64,000 nt of DNA, from positions 544,001-608,000 of the forward strand of contig OZ241917.1 of assembly GCA_965203805.1 (NCBI GenBank). Reading direction: 5' to 3'. The translations under genes were made by a program, and so were the position numbers. The DNA comes from Candidatus Latescibacterota bacterium. GTDB taxonomy: Bacteria > Latescibacterota > UBA2968 > GCA-2709665. Positions 48,985-58,839 of this stretch are shown piece by piece. Every line of letters begins with the position of its first letter. Position 1 is the first letter of the stretch. The notes beneath the pieces were generated by a model. That model made no database searches. It was not told the origin of the DNA and was given only the letters and a program-made list of their open reading frames with translations.

Positions 48985-49162
48985 CGAGGCGTACCGTCAA
49001 CCCATTCGCGTTCTGAAGGTTCGAGGAACGCGGCGATACCCGGGTTTCATGGCCCGGTTCGGCAAGATCGGTCTGCCCCGCTGAATTCGCTTGTTCCCCC
49101 CGTCGTCTGATCCGCCCGCCACGTCCCAACCCCCTACAACCGTTGAATACAAGGAGACAAAA

Positions 49163-50239
49163 GTGTATCCGGAGCCCGTCGACAGCGCCCAGTTGAAAAT
49201 AGATCTGTACAGCGATACGGCAACGAAACCCACCCGCGAAATGCGGGAGTTCATGTGCGCGGCGGAAGTCGGCGATGAGCAGCGTGGGGAAGACCCGTCG
49301 GTGAACGAACTGCAGGACATGGTGGCCGAAATGCTGGGCAAGGAAGCCGCATTGCTGCTGCCGTCGGGCACGATGTGCAACCAGATCGCCTTTGCGGTTC
49401 ACTGCCGCCCCGGCGATATGGTCCTGCTGGAACGGAACGCCCACCCGTTGCATTCCGAAGCCGGCGGCGCCGCGGTTCTCGCAAGCACGACGCTATACCC
49501 GGTCGACGGCGTTAACGGGCACTTTACAGCCGAACATGTCGCGGCGGAAGTCCAGCCCGCCACCCGTTACTGGCCGGGCTTCCGGTTGGTGGCCGTGGAG
49601 CAGACCACGAACCGGCCGGGCGGCCGCGTCTGGCCCCTGGAGCAGATGCGGGAGGTCTGCGAGGCGGCACACGAGCGGAATCTGCAGACGCACATGGACG
49701 GCGCCCGTCTGTTCAATGCGGTGGTCGCGTCCGGGATATCGGCACGGGATTACGCCGTGTCGTTCGATTCTCTCTGGATCGATCTGAGCAAGGGACTCGG
49801 GGCGCCCATCGGCGGCGTTCTGGCGGGCTCCCGCGGGTTCATCGAGTCGGCATGGCAATGGAAGCAACGGATCGGCGGCGCGATGCGGCAGGCGGGATTC
49901 GTGGCGGCCGCCGGGATCTACGCGCTGAGAAACAATATCGACCGGCTGGCAGAGGATCACGCAAACGCCAGGCGGCTGGCGTTGGGGATCTCGGACGCGC
50001 CGGGGATTCATGTGAATCCCGACGAGGTCGAAACCAATATGGTCAAATTCGACGTGGGAGGAACGGGAATCGGTTCGAAGGAGTTTGCAGGCCGCCTGCT
50101 CGCCGATTGGGGCGTCCGGGTGAGCACGCCGGGCCCCACGGCGATCCGCGCCATCCCGTATCTCGGCATCAGCCGGGACGACGTCGACGAAGCCACACGC
50201 GCGATCTGCTCCGTGGCAGAGGAAATGTCGGAAGGGTAA
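49163..50239 (+). CDS. ltaE: Low-specificity L-threonine aldolase
   Basis: AAGGAG RBS before GTG 49163; DLYSDT, VGDE..GEDP, PSGTMCNQ, HMDGARLFNA, LSKGLGAP, GGAMRQAG. Confidence 0.9.
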   Translation: MYPEPVDSAQLKIDLYSDTATKPTREMREFMCAAEVGDEQRGEDPSVNELQDMVAEMLGKEAALLLPSGTMCNQIAFAVHCRPGDMVLLERNAHPLHSEAGGAAVLASTTLYPVDGVNGHFTAEHVAAEVQPATRYWPGFRLVAVEQTTNRPGGRVWPLEQMREVCEAAHERNLQTHMDGARLFNAVVASGISARDYAVSFDSLWIDLSKGLGAPIGGVLAGSRGFIESAWQWKQRIGGAMRQAGFVAAAGIYALRNNIDRLAEDHANARRLALGISDAPGIHVNPDEVETNMVKFDVGGTGIGSKEFAGRLLADWGVRVSTPGPTAIRAIPYLGISRDDVDEATRAICSVAEEMSEG

Positions 50240-50242
50240 GTG

Positions 50243-50416
50243 ATGAAACGCACATTTACCGTGAAGGCGGTCTGGGACGATGAAGCGCAGGTCTATTTTG
50301 CTCAAAGCGATATTGAGGGCCTTCACATCGAGGCTGCAAGTCTTGATGAATTCGAAGCGATCATCATCGAGGAAGCGCCCGAATTAATCATGGCCAACCA
50401 TAGAATTTCGTACTGA
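50243..50416 (+). CDS. DUF1902-like (HicB-related fold) small protein, 57 aa; absent from the ORF track
   Basis: Manual translation MKRTFTVKAVWDDEAQVYFAQSDIEGLHIEAASLDEFEAIIIEEAPELIMANHRISY; A-x-WD-x-EA-x-V and SDI-x-GL-x-x-EA..PEL are the DUF1902 pattern. Confidence 0.8.
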   Translation: MKRTFTVKAVWDDEAQVYFAQSDIEGLHIEAASLDEFEAIIIEEAPELIMANHRISY

Positions 50417-50444
50417 GCCGCCAATTGTGCGAGGCACTCGACTC

Positions 50445-51263
50445 ATGCAAATCATCGATCCCCACGTACACGTCTGGGTGAACGACCCCGCGTATCCCTG
50501 GGCGCCGGACAACCCGAATCCGCCCGCTGAGGATGCCACCTGCGAGATGCTGCTGGAGGAGATGGCGCGCAACGGTACGGAAAAAACCGTGCTGGTGCAG
50601 GTGATCCACTACAAATGGGACAACCGGTACGCGGGCGACTGCCTGAGAAAATATCCGGACCGCTTCGAGGGTGTCTGCCGTGTGGACCCGGAGAGTCCGT
50701 CCGCGGCCGACGATCTGAGTCGGTGGGTGGAGGAATACGGTTTCAGAGGGGTGCGGCTGAGTCCGGGCGCGGGGCCGGAGGGAGACTGGTTCACAGGGCG
50801 CGGCCTGGACCGCCTGTGGCGGCGGACACGCGATTTGAACGTGCCCATGTGCATCCTGACGTCACAGGGACGGCTGCCGGACCTGGAGCGCTGGATTCGA
50901 GAATACGAAGATGTACAGGTGTGCGTGGACCACATGGCCTGGCCGCCGGTCGACGGGAGCGGCGACGCCGGGAATCTGCTGCGGCTCGCCCGTTATCCCG
51001 AGGTGTACGTGAAGATATCGGGGACCTGGGGTGTATCGCAGGAATCATATCCTTATCGGGACACGCACGCGGTTGTCCGGCAGGTCTACGACGCGTTCGG
51101 CCCGGAACGGCTCATGTGGGGCACCGACTGGCCGCTCGTCGAGCGCAAGTGCGGCTATGCCGGGGCGCTGGATATCGTGAGAAAGGAACTCGCGTTTCTG
51201 AATGACACGGACCGGGAATGGATACTGGGAAAAACCGTGCTCAGCCTTTGGCCGTTCGACTGA
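50445..51263 (+). CDS. Amidohydrolase_2 family protein (lactonase-like)
   Basis: IIDPHVHVW, GVRL, VDHMA, VKISG, LMWGTDWP. Confidence 0.9.
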   Translation: MQIIDPHVHVWVNDPAYPWAPDNPNPPAEDATCEMLLEEMARNGTEKTVLVQVIHYKWDNRYAGDCLRKYPDRFEGVCRVDPESPSAADDLSRWVEEYGFRGVRLSPGAGPEGDWFTGRGLDRLWRRTRDLNVPMCILTSQGRLPDLERWIREYEDVQVCVDHMAWPPVDGSGDAGNLLRLARYPEVYVKISGTWGVSQESYPYRDTHAVVRQVYDAFGPERLMWGTDWPLVERKCGYAGALDIVRKELAFLNDTDREWILGKTVLSLWPFD

Positions 51264-51285
51264 CGGCCGGTAGCGGGAGGCTTCC

Positions 51286-52104
51286 ATGTACAAGGTGTCG
51301 TACGACGGAACGAACAAGAAGATCCTCTGGCAGGAGATGTGGCGGCACGAGTTCGAAGAGGCCCTGAAACACGATCCTGTCGTGATATTGCCCACGGGTT
51401 CGGTGGAACAGCACGGCCCCCACTGCCCGATGGATGTGGATATCGTGGGTCCGTTTTATATGGCGGCGCGCGTGGCGCAGCGGGTGGACGATTTTCCCGT
51501 GATCGTCGCGCCGCCGATCTGGTCCGGATTCACTCACTACAACAAGGGGTTTGCGGGAACCATCAGCCTGCGGATCGAGACCTACCTGAACCTCGTCGGC
51601 GACGTCTGCAGGAGCATCTACGACAACGGATTCAAACGCATCGTGATGGTGAACGGGCACGGGGGCAATATGGCGCCCAACCACGTGGTACGGGACACCA
51701 TCGCGGAAGAGAACGTGTTCGTGGTCGCCTATAGCTGGTGGCAGTCCGTCGCGGACGAGATGCTGGCGTGGAGCGATGCGGACAACGGCAGCGTCGGCCA
51801 CGGCGGCGAGTGGGAGACGTCGGTCCAACTGTATCTGCGGGAGCATCTCATTGCGAAATCTCTGATGAACGACGATATCTTTCCGAATCCGTTCAGCGAG
51901 AATCTCCGCCACTTCGGCGGGTTTTCGGAGCGCCGCAGGGATACCCGCGACATCACCGGCACCATGGGCAGTTCGAGCGTTGCCAGCAGGGAGAAGGGGG
52001 AGCGGGTCTTCAACCTGGCGGTAGACCGCCTGGAGTGCCTGGTCCGGGAGTACCACGAACAGCCGGTCAGACAGTACAGGGAGTTCGGATCGCATTGTCC
52101 GTGA
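51286..52104 (+). CDS. Creatininase/creatinine amidohydrolase family protein
   Basis: LPTGSVEQHGPH..D, NGHGGN, GHGGEWETS. Confidence 0.92.
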   Translation: MYKVSYDGTNKKILWQEMWRHEFEEALKHDPVVILPTGSVEQHGPHCPMDVDIVGPFYMAARVAQRVDDFPVIVAPPIWSGFTHYNKGFAGTISLRIETYLNLVGDVCRSIYDNGFKRIVMVNGHGGNMAPNHVVRDTIAEENVFVVAYSWWQSVADEMLAWSDADNGSVGHGGEWETSVQLYLREHLIAKSLMNDDIFPNPFSENLRHFGGFSERRRDTRDITGTMGSSSVASREKGERVFNLAVDRLECLVREYHEQPVRQYREFGSHCP

Positions 52105-52195
52105 GAACCTGATCATCAACGCCTCCAATGCCGTTCCGGACGGACGGCGTCGAGGGGCATTTTCCCGGATTGCGAATCCGCAGGAGACAAACGGC

Positions 52196-53803
52196 ATGTC
52201 GAATCTGCTTTATTTCGATTGTCACGCGACCGTCGGGCAGCGGCCCATGAAGCATCCCCGGGTGCGCTGGTCCACCGAGCACCTTCTCGAAGATATGGAC
52301 CTTGCCGAGATCTCCGGCGCGCTGGTCACGCACGGCGTCGCCCGGAGTTACGATCCCGTGTACGGAAATCGCCGGTTGCAGGCGGAACGGGCAAAGGCGC
52401 CCGGCAGGCTGTTCGGGGCGTGGTGTATCGTTCCGCTGGGAGACCCCGGTTTCTTCGCCGATGGCGACACATTGATCGCGGCGATGGAGGAGGATGACGT
52501 CCGGGCCGTGCGTCTGATGCCGGGAGGGTTTCCCCTGCATCCGGAACTGGTGGGTCCGACCTTCGAGGTCCTGCAGCACCACGGCATCCTGACGTTGCTG
52601 GAGGTCGGCTGGGGAATGCCTGACATATTCGGGTTCTTCCACGACTTGCTGTCCCGGTATCCGCGGTTGCCGGTACTGCTGACAGATCACGTCTGGAGCC
52701 AGCAGCGCCACGTCTATGCGCTGATGCAGCGGCACGAGAACCTGCACCTGGAATTCTCATCCTACCAGATCAACCGGGGAATCGAGAAGTACGTCGCGGA
52801 TTTTGGAGACGAGCGCCTGCTCTTCGGTACCGGAGGCACGGAGAAGTCACCCGGCGCCGCACGCTTTTACGTGGATTACGCGCAAATTCCGGACGCTTCC
52901 AAACGCCGGATTGCGGGCGGGAATCTGAAGCGGTTATTGAAGGGACAGGGACCCGTCCAGCCCGCGCCGCCCTCGAGCAAGGCGGATGGCATCATGGCAG
53001 AGGCCAGGTCGGGCCGGCCGCTGTCGGTTCCGGTCCTCGACGCGCATTCCCATGTATTGCACGAAGGCGGGCAGACAGCAGGTGTGAACTATCTCATGTA
53101 CGACGGCGACGCCGAACACATGCTGGCGCTGAATGCGCGTTGCGGCATCGACAGGACCGCCATGATGAGCTGGAACGCGCCGGTCTGCGTGGATGCGCAA
53201 GACGGCAACGAGATCGTCTGGCGGGCCATGCAAAGGTTCGGCGACCCGGTGATCGGCGTGGCGGTCATCGATCCGACCCATATGACGCCTGCCGAGATGC
53301 AGGCCGAGATACATCTGCGGTATTTAGATCAGGGATTTGTGGGCATGAAACCCTACGTGCGGATGAACATGAACTATGAAGACGAGAAATTCATGCCCTG
53401 GTGGGAGTTCGGAAACGCGCACAACCTGTACGCCTTGATGCACGTGGCCGGGCATACCGGCGGCGTGGCCGGCATCGGCAGATTGGCTGAGCGATTCCCG
53501 GAAGTCAGCTGGCTGATTGCGCATGCCGGAGGCAGTTACCCCTTCGCGGAGGAAGTGGCGGCGTGTATCCGGGAGCACCCCAACGTGTATGCCGAGATCA
53601 CGCTGACGCCCGTAACGAACCGCGTCGTGGAGTTTCTGGTTGCCGCGACCGACGAGGATCACGTGCTGTTCGGCACGGATGCGCCGATGAGAGATCCCAG
53701 GCAGCAACTGGGTTGGGTCGTTTGGGCAAAGCTGCCCCTGCCGGCAAAGAAGAAGGTTCTGGGTGGGAATTTCCAGCGAATACTGGATCGGGTGAGGTTG
53801 TGA
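52196..53803 (+). CDS. Tandem two-domain amidohydrolase
   Basis: Two TIM-barrel halves, FDCHAT..LLFGTG..IAGGN and LDAHSH..VLFGTDAP..VLGGN, joined by a Pro-rich linker. Confidence 0.85.
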   Translation: MSNLLYFDCHATVGQRPMKHPRVRWSTEHLLEDMDLAEISGALVTHGVARSYDPVYGNRRLQAERAKAPGRLFGAWCIVPLGDPGFFADGDTLIAAMEEDDVRAVRLMPGGFPLHPELVGPTFEVLQHHGILTLLEVGWGMPDIFGFFHDLLSRYPRLPVLLTDHVWSQQRHVYALMQRHENLHLEFSSYQINRGIEKYVADFGDERLLFGTGGTEKSPGAARFYVDYAQIPDASKRRIAGGNLKRLLKGQGPVQPAPPSSKADGIMAEARSGRPLSVPVLDAHSHVLHEGGQTAGVNYLMYDGDAEHMLALNARCGIDRTAMMSWNAPVCVDAQDGNEIVWRAMQRFGDPVIGVAVIDPTHMTPAEMQAEIHLRYLDQGFVGMKPYVRMNMNYEDEKFMPWWEFGNAHNLYALMHVAGHTGGVAGIGRLAERFPEVSWLIAHAGGSYPFAEEVAACIREHPNVYAEITLTPVTNRVVEFLVAATDEDHVLFGTDAPMRDPRQQLGWVVWAKLPLPAKKKVLGGNFQRILDRVRL

Positions 53804-53899
53804 GGGTGCCGCCGCAGGCCAACGCGATGCGCCTGAGCGGGCGCATCGCATACCGGCTTCGCGCCGGCGCCGGGTGAAGATTCAGGCTGAGGGAGACAG

Positions 53900-54982
53900 A
53901 TGGCAGACATGGATAGCATACGTGTGGCGCTGTTCGGGTTGACGCATCCGCACTCGCTCGCGCACCTGAAGACGTTGCAATTGTCCGATATGGTGCGTGG
54001 AATCGTGCTGTATGACGACGACGCCCGGGCTGTCGCGGAAGTCCGGAATTCGACGGACGACAAGATCGACGGGGGATACCACGATCTTGAGGAAATGCTG
54101 GCAAAGGAGTCCTTCGACGTGGGTATTGCGGACTTTCAGAATCACGTGAACGGGTCGCTTTGCCTCAGGCTGATCGACCGGGGCGTCCACGTGATCAGCG
54201 AGAAGCCGGTTTCCAATTCCTCCTCGGAACTGTCCGGGATTGTCGACGCGGCGTCGCGAGCCGGGGTGAAGCTGGGCGTCATGTACCAGAACCGGTACCA
54301 CCCTGTCGCGCGGGAGGCGCGCCGCCTGGTGCGGGAGGGCGTCGTCGGCCGGGTTACGGGGTGCGAGGCGAGGATGATCACCTCGCAGGTCAGATTCAGA
54401 AATCCCGGTCACTGGCTGTTCGACAGACGGAAAGCCGGCGGCGGGATTCTGTCGTGGCTGGGCTGCCACTATATCGATCTGTTGCGTTACGTGCTGGACG
54501 ACGACGTTGTCGAGGTGTTTGCGATGACCGATACCCTGAGCGGCGAGGACATCGACGTGGAAGACGTCGCATCGCTGGGATTCCGGTTTGGGCGGGGCGC
54601 GATCGGCAGCCTGCACGCGGGTTATCAGCTCGCGATGAGTGTGCCCGGCTATTCCGGCGCGACCTACGACACCTACGTAGGGTTTCGCGGCACGGAAGGC
54701 AGGGTGTACTGGAATCCGGTCGACCGGCCGCCTGAATTGCACGCCGAGAGCGCGATTCCGGCGTGGCAGGCCTCGCCTGCGCGCTCGTATCGCTATGCGT
54801 TGCCGGAGCTGGATTGTTACGGCGGCGGGTTCGGCATTGCGTTCATGGAACGGTTCTTCCGCTCGGCGCAGGGCGACGGAGAGCCGCCCGCCACCGGCGA
54901 CGACGCGCTCAGGGTGTCCAGGGTCATCGAGGCGGCGTATGAATCCAGTGAAACCGGCCGCAGGATCAGCGTGGCGACGTAA
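53900..54982 (+). CDS. Gfo/Idh/MocA family oxidoreductase
   Basis: HVISEKP, YQNRY, GGGILSWLGCHYID, VED. Confidence 0.92.
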   Translation: MADMDSIRVALFGLTHPHSLAHLKTLQLSDMVRGIVLYDDDARAVAEVRNSTDDKIDGGYHDLEEMLAKESFDVGIADFQNHVNGSLCLRLIDRGVHVISEKPVSNSSSELSGIVDAASRAGVKLGVMYQNRYHPVAREARRLVREGVVGRVTGCEARMITSQVRFRNPGHWLFDRRKAGGGILSWLGCHYIDLLRYVLDDDVVEVFAMTDTLSGEDIDVEDVASLGFRFGRGAIGSLHAGYQLAMSVPGYSGATYDTYVGFRGTEGRVYWNPVDRPPELHAESAIPAWQASPARSYRYALPELDCYGGGFGIAFMERFFRSAQGDGEPPATGDDALRVSRVIEAAYESSETGRRISVAT

Positions 54983-55038
54983 GGACAGAAGCGGATATTT
55001 CAAATGATGTCGAATTTGAGTACTGGCTCCACAATCGG

Positions 55039-55872
55039 ATGATGGACGGTTACGTTAAATTGAAGACATTGGCGGGTAAATCAGTGCGACCGCTGGGCCT
55101 TGCGGGTTCGCCCGATACGCAGTGCGGTTTCGCTTCCATCGCGCACGGGGCCGGGGTGAATTTCTTCTTCTTCTACGGCCTGAACTTTGGCGGCATGATC
55201 GACGGCGTCAGTCGTCTGGTCCGGGAGCGCCGCGAAGACGTTTTCATCGCCACCGGCACCGAGTCCCGCGACCCGGATGAAATGCGGGACTATTTCGATG
55301 CCGTGCGCCAGGCGCTGGCCGTGGACGTGGTCGACCTTTTTTTCGCGGAGTACGTTTCGCCTTCGGACAATATCGAGCACGTGCTGGGAAACGGCGGTGC
55401 GATCGACGAAATCTGGAACTGGAAGAACGAAGGGAAGGTGCGTTACGTCGGCGCAACCGCGCACAGCCGGCCCCTTTCGCTGCAGCTCATTGGGAGCGGT
55501 CGGGTCCAGGTGCTGATGCACCGGTACAATATGGCGCACCGGAAGTCGGAGGAAGCCGTGTTTCCCGCGGCCCTCGAAGCGGGCGTGCCGGTGGTCGCAT
55601 TTACCTGCACGCGTTGGGGATCGCTGCTCAAGGGGCATGCCGTCTGGCGTGGGCCGACCCCCTCGGCGGCCGATTGTTACCGGTTCGTCCTGCAGCACCC
55701 CGCCGTCCGTCTGGCGCTGACGGCGCCTGCCAGCGAAGACCATCTTCGTGAGAACCTCAACGTGCTGACGGAACCTCACGAACCGCGTCCGGAAGACGTG
55801 GCGGCGTGGAAGGCGTACGGAGACCTCGTGTATGGAAAAGGTACCGATGCATTTGAAACGCGTTGGCCTTAA
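55039..55872 (+). CDS. Aldo/keto reductase-like protein (atypical)
   Basis: GKVRYVGATAH, MHRYN, CYRFVLQHPAV, HLRENL; N-terminal catalytic residues not recognisable. Confidence 0.75.
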   Translation: MMDGYVKLKTLAGKSVRPLGLAGSPDTQCGFASIAHGAGVNFFFFYGLNFGGMIDGVSRLVRERREDVFIATGTESRDPDEMRDYFDAVRQALAVDVVDLFFAEYVSPSDNIEHVLGNGGAIDEIWNWKNEGKVRYVGATAHSRPLSLQLIGSGRVQVLMHRYNMAHRKSEEAVFPAALEAGVPVVAFTCTRWGSLLKGHAVWRGPTPSAADCYRFVLQHPAVRLALTAPASEDHLRENLNVLTEPHEPRPEDVAAWKAYGDLVYGKGTDAFETRWP

Positions 55873-56653
55873 GGCGGGAGCCCGACTGGCGCCGGTGCGG
55901 GTATTGCTGTTTTTGCTGTTCTCGCCCGGATACACTTTTGGTACCGAAAATCCTCCGGCGGATGGATTCGATTCAGCCGGTTCGGACGCGCGGGCGATCG
56001 AGGTTGCAGACGCCGTGATGAGAAAGATGGGCGGGCGGGAGAACTGGGACCGGACCCGGTACCTCACGTGGAGATTCTTCGGCCGGCGCCTGCACGTATG
56101 GGACCGGTGGACCGGCGACATACGCTTCGAAGAAGCCGATCTCGTCACGCTGATGAACGTGCATAGCCGGGAAGGACGTGTCTGGCAGGGAAGGCGTCAG
56201 ATAACCGAAACGGATTCCCTGAAGAAGTACCTGGAGATGGGTTACCGCGCGTGGATCAACGATTCCTACTGGCTGGTGATGCCGTATAAGCTGAAGGATT
56301 CGGGAGTGACGCTGAAATACGCCGGCGAGGGCAAGACCGAAAATGGGCGCGACGCTCACGTATTGACGCTGACTTTCGACAACGTGGGCGTGACGCCGCA
56401 GAACAAATACGACGTCTACGTCGACCGGGAGCGGATGCTGGTCGAACAATGGGCGTTCTATCGGAACGCTTCAGACGCAGAGCCGCGCTTTGTCGGCCCA
56501 TGGGCAGACTGGAAACCGCACGGCGGAATCCTTTTGTCCGCAAACCGAGGTCGGACGTCGCATACGGACGTGGCCGTTTTCGATGTCCTGCCCCGCGCGG
56601 TTCTTGAGAGTCCCGAACCCGTGGACTTGATGGCGTTTGAGAAAGCGAGGTGA
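55847..56653 (+). CDS. Hypothetical exported protein (possibly DUF6503/LolA-like beta sheet)
   Basis: Signal-like N-terminus; MGGRENW, INDSYWLVMPYKL, LTFDNVGVTP. Confidence 0.72.
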   Translation: MHLKRVGLKAGARLAPVRVLLFLLFSPGYTFGTENPPADGFDSAGSDARAIEVADAVMRKMGGRENWDRTRYLTWRFFGRRLHVWDRWTGDIRFEEADLVTLMNVHSREGRVWQGRRQITETDSLKKYLEMGYRAWINDSYWLVMPYKLKDSGVTLKYAGEGKTENGRDAHVLTLTFDNVGVTPQNKYDVYVDRERMLVEQWAFYRNASDAEPRFVGPWADWKPHGGILLSANRGRTSHTDVAVFDVLPRAVLESPEPVDLMAFEKAR

Positions 56654-56714
56654 AGATCGGCTGCACGCATGTCGTGACAGACTCACTGCTATGGCAAATC
56701 GGATAACGAATAGT

Positions 56715-56741
56715 GGCCCTTCGCTCAGCGAGGGCCGTTTT
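56715..56741 (+). terminator. Putative intrinsic terminator
   Basis: GGCCCT(T)CGC / GCGAGGGCC stem followed by GTTTT. Confidence 0.55.
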
Positions 56742-56852
56742 CGTTGCGGGTTCGCCGCGAGGCGAATTCCAGGCGCATTCTGCTACGAGTTGCGCCGACG
56801 TCTATCCGTGAAAATCGGGAAGCCGATTCATTGACAGCGGGGGTTCCCATTC

Positions 56853-56881
56853 TTGACTTGAATGGTCGATTTGCTTATGTT
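56853..56881 (+). promoter_or_regulatory. sigma70-type promoter
   Basis: TTGACT-17 nt-TATGTT. Confidence 0.55.
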
Positions 56882-57056
56882 GTGAAAACTTTTCGCAAAT
56901 GAGATCGCGGCGAGTCTGTCACGCTCCGATGAGCACAGTTGGCAGGCACGGGTCCTTCACGAGAATGCCGTCCGGCCGTCAGTCCGCGGGACGGAACGGT
57001 CTCCTCAGACGTAGGGTCAAATAGGCAGGGACAGCCAACCACGGGGGAGGAACGAT

Positions 57057-57836
57057 ATGCGTTTCTTTTTGAGATGGATGATCGTCGGATTGCCGCTGCT
57101 ATGGCCGGCAATCGCAAATGCGCAACTGATGCCACCGGATGCCGAGAAGCCAAAGGCCGAAGGCGGCGATCCGGTGGGTGCGTGGATGGCGGACTCGACG
57201 GCGTTGCCGGTCTGGGTCGATCCCAAAATCCTGGGTGTGATTTCCGACGTCACCATGGACGGAACGGTTTCCGGTACTCTGACCCTCAATACCGATGACG
57301 ACACCTACGAGGCGGACTTCGCCTCATCTGTTCACGTACAATTGAATGCAAGCATTTTGGGTATCACGATTGACCTCGACAGTACATTTGTCGTTGCGCG
57401 CAAAGAGGGGGGCGTCTTCGAAGTGAAGGACTCGGCCGTGATCCTGGAATACACGCCGGAGGATAGTACGACGGCGGTACGTGACACGCTGGGATTTTCA
57501 GCCAGAGAGGATTCGCTCTTTCTGCATCAGGTGGTGCCGCTCGGGCAATATACTCAGTATTTGGCCATTCTTCGGGCCGAAGCACCAATTGCCGTTCTGG
57601 GCTTCGCGAAAGTCGCGGACGATACCGAACCCCCTCCGGTCGAGCCGCCGGAACCCGGGACGTCGGCTGACTTCAACGGGGACGGGAGTGTGGATTTTTC
57701 GGACTTTATCGCGTTTGCACAGAATTTCGGACGGAGCGACGGGGACGATAACTACGATTCAAGGTTCGACCTGAACGGAGACAACAGAGTCGATTTTTCA
57801 GATTTTATCGCGTTCGCCCAGCAATTCGGGCAGTAG
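57057..57836 (+). CDS. Secreted protein with C-terminal dockerin/EF-hand-like Ca-binding duplex
   Basis: Signal peptide ending ANA; Pro-rich linker; ADFNGDGSVDFSDFIAFAQNFG and FDLNGDNRVDFSDFIAFAQQFG. Confidence 0.85.
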   Translation: MRFFLRWMIVGLPLLWPAIANAQLMPPDAEKPKAEGGDPVGAWMADSTALPVWVDPKILGVISDVTMDGTVSGTLTLNTDDDTYEADFASSVHVQLNASILGITIDLDSTFVVARKEGGVFEVKDSAVILEYTPEDSTTAVRDTLGFSAREDSLFLHQVVPLGQYTQYLAILRAEAPIAVLGFAKVADDTEPPPVEPPEPGTSADFNGDGSVDFSDFIAFAQNFGRSDGDDNYDSRFDLNGDNRVDFSDFIAFAQQFGQ

Positions 57837-57859
57837 CTGCAGAGGTGTGACCGTCGCTG

Positions 57860-58630
57860 CTACGGGACGCCCGCGAGGAGGAGGCCGCCGTCCACGGGGA
57901 GTGAAACGCCGTTGATGCTGGCGGCCTGCGGACTGCAAAGGAAGACCACCGCCCGCCCGATGTCTTCAGGCGTGCCGTACCGTCGCGTGGGGATGAAGCC
58001 ATGGAGGCGTTCGGGCGCACTGCCGCGATTGGGAGCGGCCTGCCCGAAGGCGTGTTTCGTGTCCATATAGCCGGGCAGGATCGCATTGCAGCGTATGCCG
58101 AGGCGCGCCAGTTCCCAGGCCATGCTTTCGGTAAGCCGCAGAATACCCGCCTTCGCGGTCCCGTAACACGTGTCGTTCTCCCAAACGGCCTGGGCGTGCA
58201 CCGACGAAATGCTCACGATGCTTCCGCCCTCGCCCCGTTCCGCCATATTCCGGGCCGCCGCCTGGCTACAGAGGAAATACCCTTTCAGACACACGTCCAG
58301 CGTGCGGTCCCAGATTGCTTCGGTGATTTCCAGAAAAGGCCGGTTTTCGGATGCGTAGGGATTGTTGACAAGGATGTCGACGCGGCCGAAGCGATCCAGA
58401 AAGTCCTCGAACATCCGGTTCACCGCCTCCGCGCTTGAGATATCGGCATCGAAATAGGCCGCCTCGCGGCCCGCTTTCCGTACGAGGTCCAGGGTTGTTT
58501 CGACGTCGTCGTCCCTCTCGATGTCGTTGATTCCCACGTCGCATCCGGCTTCCGCAAGGGACTGAACGATGCCCCTGCCGATGTTGCGCCTGGCGCCGGT
58601 AACGAGTGCTTTTCTGCCTTCGAGCAACAT
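57860..58630 (-). CDS. SDR family NAD(P)-dependent oxidoreductase
   Basis: ALVTGARRNIG, DILVNN, ISSVH, YGTAK, DGG; GAGG RBS before ATG 58630. Confidence 0.92.
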   Translation of the reverse strand: MLLEGRKALVTGARRNIGRGIVQSLAEAGCDVGINDIERDDDVETTLDLVRKAGREAAYFDADISSAEAVNRMFEDFLDRFGRVDILVNNPYASENRPFLEITEAIWDRTLDVCLKGYFLCSQAAARNMAERGEGGSIVSISSVHAQAVWENDTCYGTAKAGILRLTESMAWELARLGIRCNAILPGYMDTKHAFGQAAPNRGSAPERLHGFIPTRRYGTPEDIGRAVVFLCSPQAASINGVSLPVDGGLLLAGVP

Positions 58631-58839
58631 AGAGGTACCTCGCTTGAAATGGGGCCTGGATCGACGTGCGGATTCGAGGCATGAAATATGCACTCGATTT
58701 TCGGCTGTCAAACAGAAAAAGGGAGAGGTAAGATGGCTTTCCTCCCCCCCGTTCCGACTCGGTGACAGGTTGGCCGGTTGCTGAGATATTTCCGGGACAG
58801 GACACCAGAGCCCGCACGTTTGATCGAAGGAGAGCACCG

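Noticed and set aside
56888-57056. About 170-nt leader of the dockerin-tail gene as a riboswitch
   Set aside because: No recognisable aptamer motif or expression-platform terminator.
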